A DNA stretch of 53,517 bases, taken from the NCBI GenBank assembly GCA_002269645.1, contig NIVC01004242.1, positions 1 to 53,517 on the forward strand, in the 5' to 3' direction. Made by a program: the position numbers and the translations under genes. The number at the start of each line of letters is the position of its first letter. The first letter of the stretch is position 1. Of this stretch, positions 1 to 10,100 are shown one piece after another. Below the pieces are notes generated by a model. It had not been told where the DNA came from and did not search any database. It saw only the letters and a program-made list of their open reading frames with translations. This DNA is from Macrostomum lignano. Its lineage: Eukaryota.

Positions 1-2614
1 TAGTCAAATAAAAAAAGTATTTTATTGCGATTGAAGATTCTGCGGCTTCCCAGACACCCATACTCTACAGCGAGGGTGATCGTATGTCTATGGCATGAAG
101 TAGGGATTCTTGGCGTAGTCTAAGTTTAAAGATAATAAATTCTTCAGAATACGCTGTCTGTGGCAGAAAGCGTACTGAGGAGTTTATCTTATACAGAAAC
201 TACGAGTGATCGTATCGAACTTCCGAGTGATTCCTTGGTGAAGTGTTTGCGAAAGTAGATAGTCTGTATAGTAAAATCCCCCTAATGTCTGTTCCAACTT
301 TAGGACACATGTAGTTGTACTAAGTCGAATTGAATGGATATTTGATGTTTCTCAGCTATTTTTCACAGCAATTATCAGACGAGTGACTTGTATGCTTTGT
401 CAGTCGAGCGACTTACGCTTCCTCTATATCGAGGTCTGTATCAGAAAGCTAGCTCACTCTCAGCTTTCGATTCAGTCTCAATTTTGAGCTTAACTTGAAA
501 CTTAAAGGTCAATTCCTAGGACGCAATTTGTGAAACACCCCTGGGATTACTTGCCCAAACCACGCCGTTTATATTAATAGTCCCGTAAATAGCATGGATT
601 GTGCGTAGCTCGTTAAAAGCACTTGAACTCCTTATGACAGGGAGCCTAAAACTCATTGGAGACATTGCCTTCCTTTTGCACTTCATCTCGATCTGAACTT
701 TGTCGAGGAAGACGGCTTTGACGATGGAGAGGAATACCTAATCTGGTTAATTGCCTTAATTGCCGCAGAAGCTGCAATCCTGTACCGAATTTTGTCTTCT
801 CCAGTAATCCATGGGTGAAGTGCTACAGGAATTGTAAGAGTCTATACTGCTCTTTGCACTGTCATAAGAAAAATTAACTCAAAGACACCTGTTTAACGTG
901 GAATGATTGTGCTATGAAAACCGCTTAATGGCATGACAATCTTGACCATGAAACGGTAAAACAGCACTCCTAAAGACTCCTACAGGACCCTGCTACAAGC
1001 AGTGCGTTACATAAACTGGCCGGCGGTTGTCGTGCGATTCACAGCCATGAAGGTCAACCCACATGGTACAGAGTGTACATGCCTGACGATTAGAAATTCA
1101 GGGCTGCTGTACACCCTGTGTGAGCCTGTGCATGAGTGCGTGCCTGCGTACGGTATCCACGCTCTTGTACGTGCTCAGCAGAGTCAGCGGAATGGGCAGA
1201 ACTGCCTCAGCACTAGCTGTGGGACGATATCGCTGAAGACGTAGCGCCAGGATGCCCAACAGACCTCTTATCCTGTGCATCTTCACACCATCGTATTTAT
1301 TTCAATCGATTGATCCAGACATCAATATCAATACTCAGTTTAATACATTCCCTAGGCAGTGAGTGTCTTTTGTACACTGTGGCTACACTAAGGATCCCCG
1401 TTCATATTTTCAAAATGCCCATAGGCTCCAATCAATCCCTTTGATCTCTCTCAGGCAAGCTATACTAAACAGCTAATTATCGTTTCCGATTGTAATTATG
1501 TGCATGCACACTTTTTGTAGGGCCTCGTCTCGTCCAAAATTGATAGGCATGTTTTATTAATGGCCGACTCCTTCCCAAATGGGTAAATCTCCTCTCTTTA
1601 AATGGATAACGCGTTTGGGCTCCGATTTTATCTTTGATGGAGACACTGTCAATTTTCGATCGGATTTAGATTAGAAATTCTATTTCAACACCACCATCGG
1701 GCCTATAGCTACTCTTACGTCAATCCCGCGCCTCACTCAGCTGCTCTTACTTCTTTCGGCCCTTTGACGGACAGGCCCAGTAAATTCTTAATGAGATGGA
1801 CAGGCAAAAATATCTGCTGGCTCTCTGTGGAATCGGAGATTAAAAAGTCGGAGAAGGGAAGATATGCTCGCCCGACTCGCATCCGGGATGCCAGCATAGG
1901 GCCCGACTGCCCCAAGGGAGAAGCCGTACGAAGCCAGTCTGCACTTTCAGTTATCTTGCTCGGAAACACATTTATTAGATAACATGTCAACATGAGCAGC
2001 GGCTCAGACCGACGGCTTCGGGAATCTGTCCTTTTTACCACTTGCTTTTTTCGGGTCAAAAATAAAATAGGGCATCGCTGCAACAGTCACAATAAGATAT
2101 GGGCGCAGCAGCATTGCCTGATGACTCGGACTAAACGCTCGTTAAAATTGTCACTAAATGAAAATAAAATTTCACACGACTGCTGTTATGCCATGACAAA
2201 GCTGCAAGATACTCGCCAAATACTTAGTATAGCATCTGTATTTGATAGAATATAGCTTGACGTGCATAAACTAGTGACAACGCCTACTGCCACGGGCAAG
2301 ATAGAGAGGTGCAATATTAATTAAATACGCGCTTGTTTATATTAAAAGTTTTATTAATATAAAGCGAGGACACATAGTACATGTGCATGTAAAGTCGATA
2401 AAACTGCAACGCTAAGTTCAGAAGTTGGTTCACTTAAAGCAGACTGTACGTAAACAGTGTGGAATGCGTTCGCACAAACCAAAGGCAGGCACAACACAGA
2501 GTGATAAATTCAGATAAAGTGCATCGTATTATTGTGATACTCTGTTGAACAGGATTATGAAATCAGTATTAAACTGAATGTCCAGAGTTTAACTCATGCT
2601 TTCGAACGATCAAC

Positions 2615-3680
2615 CGTCCAGGCCCCAAGTAGCCCCAAGCAGCCCCAACCATCCAGATCCCAAGCAGCCCCAAGCAGCCAACCATCAAGGCCCCGAGCAG
2701 CCCAACCATCAAGGCCCCAAGCAGCCCCAACCATCCAGGCCCCAAGCAGCCCAACCATCAAGGTCCCGAGCAGCCCCAACCATCAAGGCCCCAAGCAGCC
2801 CAACCATCCAGGCCCCAAGCAGCCCCAACCATCCAGGCCCCAAGCAAGGATCACTAGGAACACTTCGTTATCTAGTCTAGTAGTCCTTGGCCCCAAGCAG
2901 CCCCAACCATCCAGGCCCCAAGCAGCCCCAACCATCCAGGCCCCAAGCAGCCCCAACCATCCAGGCCCCAAGCAGCCCCAACAATCCAGGCCCCAAGCAG
3001 CCCCAACCATCCAGGCCCCAAGCAGCCCCAACCATCCAGGCCCCAAGCAGCCCCAGCCATCCAGGCCCCAAGCAGCCCCAACAATCCAGGCCCCAAGCAG
3101 CCCCAACCATCCAGGCCCCAAGCAAGGATCACTAGGAACACTTCGTTATCTAGTCTAGTAGTCCTTGGCCCCAAGCAGCCCCAACCATCCAGGCCCCAAG
3201 CAGCCCCAACCATCCAGGCCCCAAGCAGCCCCAACCATCCAGGCCCCAAGCAGCCCCAACCATCCAGGCCCCAAGCAGCCCCAACAATCCAGGCCCCAAG
3301 CAGCCCCAACCATCCAGGCCCCAAGCAGCCCCAACCATCCAGGCCCCAAGCAGTCCCAGCCATCCAGGCCCCAAGCAGCCCCAACAATCCAGGCCCCAAG
3401 CAGCCCCAACCATCCAGGCCCCAAGCAGCCCCAACCATCCAGGCCCCAAGCAGCCCCAACCATCCAGGCCCCAAGCAGCCCCAACCATCCAGGCCCCAAG
3501 CAGCCCCAACCATCCAGGCCCCAAGCAGCCCCAACAATCCAGGCCCCAAGCAGCCCCAACCATCCAGGCCCCAAGCAGCCCCAACCATCCAGGCCCCAAG
3601 CAGCCCCAGCCATCCAGGCCCCAAGCAGCCCCAACCATCCAGACCCCAACCATCTAAGACCCAACCTCCAGGCCCCAAGC
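2615..3680. repeat. 25-bp minisatellite (CCAGGCCCCAAGCAGCCCCAACCAT)n with two identical 43-bp inserts
   Basis: Direct reading; inserts at 2846-2888 and 3124-3166. Confidence 0.95.
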
Positions 3681-3716
3681 AGGCCAGATCCCAGCTTATT
3701 AACACTGCACAGGCCG

Positions 3717-4195
3717 CTAGAATGCCCAGTCGGCCGCAACGGCAGACGACGTAGAGCAGCCGCTGTGGTCCAAGCTGCAATGAAAATCGTTTCGCACCAG
3801 CCGCAGCACCCTGGACCCGCTCTCAGAAACTGGCGGCCTTCTGTCTCCCTCCGAGGCGAGGCCATCCGACCGATCCTCCTGTTGATCCTTGCGCGACGCC
3901 CCCATCGGCGTCTCGTCCGAGCCGCATCTGGCGGCACGGCGCTCGCGGCGTCGGCGACTCCGCTGCTGCCAGCCTGGCGGCACGTAGACTCCATGATGCG
4001 GGCAGAAACTCGCGCCGCTGCAGTCGTCGAAGTCCAATTCGTCCAAGTCTTTGTTGGCGGCAGCTTCTCGACGGGCGCGGCGAGCAGCAGCGATTGCAGC
4101 GGCCGTGTTCAGCTCGACGGCGACTCCTTCGAGGTCCGGCTCCGACTTTGGTACCATCTGCTTGAGGCAACTGCGGCACTGCCGGGTGAACATGC
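3717..4195 (-). CDS. GPCR terminal exon: helix 8 and cytoplasmic tail
   Basis: Acceptor CCGCAG|GC joins to give NPMIY-G-MFTRQCRSC; continues as ORF 3717-4193 to the stop. Confidence 0.8.
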
Positions 4196-7100
4196 CTGCG
4201 GTCGGAGGGTGTCAACATTTCGATCTCTCCTCACGGTTCCCATTCCGGAATTTACTGCCTCTCAAAAGATCTCCGAATATTATTTGAGATTCCCACAGAT
4301 CTTCAAGGTCCCAAGAGCCCAATGAGACTCAAAGGATCCCAAGAGATCCCAAGAAATCCCAAAAAAATCCTAAAGGATCCCAAGAGACCCCAAAGGATCC
4401 CAAGAGACCCCAAAGGATCCCAAGAGACCCCAAAGGACCCCAAGAGATCCCAAAGGATCATAAAAGATCCCAGAAAATTTCAAAAGATCTCAAAGGATCT
4501 CAAGAGATTCCAAAGGATCTCAAGAGATTCCAAAGGATCTCAAGAGATCCCAAAAGATTCCAAAAGATCATAAGAGATACCAAGAGATCTCAAAAGATCT
4601 CGAAAGATGATTATGATCCCAAAGGATCATAAGAGATCCAAAGATGCCCAAGAGATCCAAAGAGACCAAAGAGATCCTAAGAGACCAAAGAGATCCTAAG
4701 AGACCAAAGAGATCCCAAGAGATCCCAAGAGACCAAAGAGATCCCCAAGAGACCCAAGAGACCCCAAGATGCCCGTTGCGATCCCCGGAATCCCTCGAGA
4801 TCTTTTGCGAATCCCGCAGATCCCCCATTGTCTCTCGAGATCTCCGATATCCCCTAGAGATCTGGAAATCCCTCGAGACTCCGAGACCCCCAAGACACCT
4901 CATGACTCAGACATTAAGCCCTTGAGACATGACTCCAAGACAGCTTTAGATTTTGCAGTAAGGGAATAAAGATAACATAAACAATATCGTCTCCATTAGC
5001 CGGAGACCTACCGTAGATCATCGGGTTCACGCAGGAGTTGGTGAAGGCGAAGGTCAAACAGAGATAGACAACATCAGTTTCCGATGACTTACTGAAACGA
5101 GAATAGCCGGTCGGTGAAAGCGACAGACTTGCACTTTTATAAATTATTAATTGAAGGCTTCTCTTACTGTTTGCTGCCCTCTGGCAAGAACGTCATGGCC
5201 AAAGTGACAAACCAGTAGGGCGCCCAGCAGAGCAGGAAGGCGAGAACTGAAAAAAAACATTGAATTCATAGCTCGTATTCAGATATTCGATATCCTTGTA
5301 CTCTAGTTGAAAACCGCTCCAAATCCTCTGGCACATCTGCGCTTCCTCTTAAAGACTTTTACGTAATTTGTCTGTCATTTAACTCAAATTTAGCTAGCGG
5401 CTGCTTCCTCTGCTCTGCCTCTCCCTATTCCCCTTTTCTCAAATCCGTTTTTGATCGCAAGTTCTGATAAGTGATTGCCTGATATGCCGCACTCTGCATC
5501 TCTTCTACCTGCTTCCTCATTTCCTGTTAATCCTATTTGCGTCATTTTTCCCGATGTCATTGCTTTTTGTTTCTATTTTCTGTGCAGTATATTTTTATCT
5601 TTAACAAAACATCTATCGAATTGATTTCTGCTCTATCCTGTAAAATAATAAAACAGTCTCTCTTGCTCCGAAGTATAGAAGGCCGCTACAACTCGATTTT
5701 CCTAGAAATGAACTGGAAGCCGTTATTTGTCGAATTCATTTGTCAGAATGCACTCAGTATGCGATCTACTAGAGAATGCACAGCGCTGAATTGCCATAGA
5801 CAAATTCGTTCGAGAGAAAGAAACCGATTTCTCCACAAATATACGAGCGAGTGCCTTCCTCCCTGGCCTGTGGTTCATTTCTAAGAAAATCGACTGTTTA
5901 TCGTCCTGATCTACGTAGGTGTGCAACCGACAGCTCATCTGAAGGCTGCGTGCGGCTGTTCAGTCCAAGGACTGGGGGGGAGTCGCCACACACACCCTCA
6001 ATTACCCCAGCTAATGCTGGCACCCATTTTACAGCTGGGTGAACTGAAGCAATGCAGAGTTAAGTGTCTTGCTCAAGGACACAAATTGTTCCGACTCGGT
6101 TGAGAATCGAACCCCTGACCTTTCAGCCGTGAGTACGACGCTCCAACCACTAGGCTGCAAACCTAGCCCATGGTTGATGATATATATTGATACTAATCAC
6201 TGATGAGGACTGCGAGACCAGAGATCCCTTACGGGAATTGGACCTGCCAATGTATAATTTACTGCAGATGATAACGTATTTTACCTTACATTTAATAGCT
6301 CAAGAAGATAGAGACACAATGGAAATTCTAGTAAAATTCATCAAAGACATGACGCAAGCCAGAATCCAACTGGCCTGAGGCTTCATAAATCAGCTTCAAT
6401 ACTCGGTTTTTGCGCGAGATTTTAACTTGCGTTACGTCGAAAAAATAATAGCATTAAAAATAATAATAGTTAAAACTAATTTCATATTAATAAAATAACT
6501 CTGACCTGAATTGGCCAAACGGGCTGTTTACCTGAGCCAGTTTCCTCACTAGGAAAGCAATGAGGTCAGACGATGAAGATTAAAGAAAGATTTTCTCTTT
6601 GATCTCACGGCTACACCCCTGGCTATTCTCTCTGAGAGCGAGCAGGTCTGGCAAGAGCTGATGGTAGTTGGAGTCGAGAGGAAGGGACTCCCGGCGGAGG
6701 CACTAGTCCCGATTAGATAGACAGACAGTACGTACACGGGAATTTCGATAGCGTTCCATCTTTCATTGAAATTTAGAAAATTTAATTAGGTAATATATTG
6801 CAATTCAACGTCTAATGACTCGCGTACCAAATGGATTTGCACATTGGTAGCTTCGATCATGGGACTTAATGACCTAATTAGTGTTCATAAGAAGCAGGCA
6901 CTTCCTGGTACCGTTTTTGTCAATGAGACGATATTTTTTCGACAATTTACGTAGAAACAAGTTAATCCGAAAGAGGCCACTGGCCGCTGGTGCGTGTCTA
7001 CGTAAAGTGAAGTCTTTAGATGCTGATTGATGAGTCGTATAGTCTCTCTCTCCCCTCCCCCCTCTTGTTGGCGGCTCACCGATGGTGACGGTCATGCGCA

Positions 7101-10100
7101 GCGTGCTCCTCCTGGCCGAGTCGATGTTGCGCGGGTCGTCGCACCGTCTGGCCGCGATGGCTGTCGGGTTGAGAGCGCCAGCAGCCACCACAGTCTGGTT
7201 CAGCCTGGCGGAGTCCGCCGACTCAGCCTGAGAATGCCACTGCCGATGACAGATGCAGTGCTCTGCAATGCGTATCATATTAGGCCGAGCCTACTCTTTA
7301 CTTGGTTACTCCTGTTTTAGCACTGATGGTCACTTAAAATATTTGACCTGGATTGAGCTGCAATCTGCACTCTGAATTATCTTTGGCTGGGCCACCGGCC
7401 CTCCCAGATCCTCAGACTGATCCACCGGTACCTTCCCAGATCTTTCTGCTATCTACGACGTCGCCGAAGGGTGAGGTCCAGACCCCCAGCAGAAGCTCCT
7501 AACCGTGGATAACTACTGTAGCTGGTGTTAGACAGCTAATTAATTTAGTTCATTCACTCGTGTACAACTGAATTAGAGGGATGCTACACTCGATTTTCCT
7601 AGAAATGAGCTGGAGTTCAGTAAGGTGCGTGTGTTTGTCCTATCGCTCTGGCGAACGCATAGCGCTGAATGGGGCTTCGCCATCGATAAAGTCGGTGGAG
7701 AAAATCTTGTGTAGCGTCATGCATACCTGCAGTCAGCTGGGAGGCAAGCAGAGCTCTGCACTCATTCTTATTCCGTCAACCCCGAGCATGCAAATGGATC
7801 TGTGCGATGGTACATACTCACACAGGGTGTACAGCCCTGAGCTTCATCGCCAATAAGGCACTCACCGTGGTGCTCCTGGCTTTTGTTGCTGAGAACGCAG
7901 AAGATTCTGGAGTAGCACCAGGTGATGGTGGCCAGCGGGAGGCCGTACATCATGAAGAAGGCGAACAAGTTGTAACACCGTCGCTTGAAAACCGCGCTTC
8001 CCGTCTGCTGCTCGGCCACGAATTTCTCCAGACAGACCATGTTGTATTCGTGAAAGAAATTGCTCTCGTACACGTCGAATACCGCAGCCTGTGAAAGTGT
8101 TGTGCAGAGTCTGAGTGTGAGAGTATGTGTTTGAGGATACCGTCAGGTGATGAGAATGTGTGTTTGAGGATACTGTCAGGTGATGAGAATGTGTGTTTGA
8201 GGATACTGTCAGGTGAGAATGTGTGTTTGAGGATACCGTCAGGTGAGAATGTGTGCTTGAGGATACCGTCAGGTGATGAGAATGTGTGTTTGAGGATACC
8301 GTCAGGTGATGAGAATGTGTGTTTGAGGATACTATCAGGTGAGAATGTGTGTTTGAGGATACTGTCAGGTGATGAGAATGTGTGTTTGAGGATACCGTCA
8401 GGTGATGAGAATGTGTGTTTGAGGATACGGTCAGCGGAGAATGTGTGTTTGAGGATACCGTCAGGTGATGAGAATGTGTGTTTGAGGATACTGTCAGGTG
8501 GTGAGAATGTGTGTTTGAGGATACTGTCAGGTGGTGAGAATGTGTGTTTGAGGATACCGTCAGGTGATGAGAATGTGTGTTTGAGGATACGGTCAGCGGA
8601 GAATGTGTGTTTGAGGATACCGTCAGGTGATGAGAATGTGTGTTTGAGGATACTGTCAGCGGAGAATGTGTGTTTGAGGATACGGTCAGGTGAGAATGTG
8701 TGTTTGAGGATACCCTCAGGTGATGAGAATGTGTGTTTGAGGATACTGTCAGGTGAGAATGTGTGTTTGAGGATACCGTCAGGTGATGAGAATGTGTGTT
8801 TGAGGATACGGTCAGGTGAGAATGTGTGTTTGAGGATACTGTCAGGTGAGAATGTGTGTTTGAGGATACCGTCAGGTGATGAGAATGTGTGTTTGAGGAT
8901 ACGGTCAGCGGAGAATGTGTGTTTGAGGATACGGTCAGGTGAGAATGTGTGTTTGAGGATACCGTCAGGTGAGAATGTGTGTTTGAGGATACCGTCAGTT
9001 GAGAATGTGTGTTTGAGGATACCGTCAGGTGATGAGAATGTGTGTTTGAGGATACGGTCAGCGGAGAATGTGTGTTTGAGGATACGGTCAGGTGAGAATG
9101 TGTGTTTGAGGATACCGTCAGGTGAGAATGTGTGTTTGAGGATACCGTCAGGTGATGAGAATGTGTGTTTGAGGATACGGTCAGCGGAGAATGTGTGTTT
9201 GAGGATACGGTCAGGTGAGAATGTGTGTTTGAGGATACGGTCAGGTGAGAATGTGTGTTTGAGGATACCGTCAGGTGATGAGAATGTGTGTTTGAGGATA
9301 CCGTCAGGTGATGAGAATGTGTGTTTGAGGATACGGTCAGCGGAGAATGTGTGTTTGAGGATACTGTCAGGTGAGAATGTGTGTTTGAGGATACTGTCAG
9401 GTGAGAATGTGTGTTTGAGGATACGGTCAGGTGAGAATGTGTGTTTGAGGATACCGTCAGGTGATGAGAATGTGTGTTTGAGGATACCGTCAGGTGATGA
9501 GAATGTGTGTTTGAGGATACGGTCAGCGGAGAATGTGTGTTTGAGGATACTGTCAGGTGAGAATGTGTGTTTGAGGATACGGTCAGGTGAGAATGTGTGT
9601 TTGAGGATACCGTCAGGTGATGAGAATGTGTGTTTGAGGATACCGTCTTGCAGCCACGCCCCTCAGAAGCGCAGTGATAACTAGCTCCTGTAGTCAATAA
9701 TTTCGTGCATGCCATGGGATTCATCTGGATTGTTGCGTGATGCCAATTGTCAGTGCCAATCAGTGTGGGAAATAAGCTCAGAGGTGTGGCCGTAACTTAA
9801 GTCAGCCCCTGTCTGAGTAATACGAGAAGTCACGAGAAGGCAAAAAAATGTCTGGCGTAAATTTGATAAAACAGACGGAGAAAGATGAGGCTTAGCAAAA
9901 TCTTGCTAATCAAGTTTCCGTCACCAACTGGATTTTGAGATTTGGGCGCATTAGCAGTTTGGTTTGAAAAGTTTTTGCTAGTTTTGCGAGAAATTCGCTT
10001 TCAATAAACTCTTTTCTACAGTAGCTGTCAGCTTAAGCCCCAGCTTTTATCAGCTTTTCCTCTTCTCTTCTCCCGGAAGTCTCGGTCCATTAGGAAAATC

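Noticed and set aside
460-545. Possible right terminus of a PIF/Harbinger-like element (reverse complement GGGGTGTTTCACAAA)
   Set aside because: The matching left TIR would lie outside the window; no TSD or coding evidence to support a call.
1072-1112. Hammerhead-like CTGACGA...GAAA inside a GTGTACA/TGTACAC stem; similar CTGATGA-AGA-GAAA on the minus strand near 49655-49672
   Set aside because: No stem II and no proper stem III/NUH cleavage triplet.
1645-1680. Minus-strand SNLNPIEN* resembling the Tc1 transposase DLNPIENLW motif
   Set aside because: Immediately followed by a stop, with no flanking DDE motifs or TIRs; could be chance.
7862-9724. 620-aa and 519-aa repeat ORFs (HSHLTVSSNT / ENVCLRIPSG)
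   Set aside because: A 30/33-bp intronic minisatellite; only the last ~74 codons overlap a real GPCR exon, in another frame.
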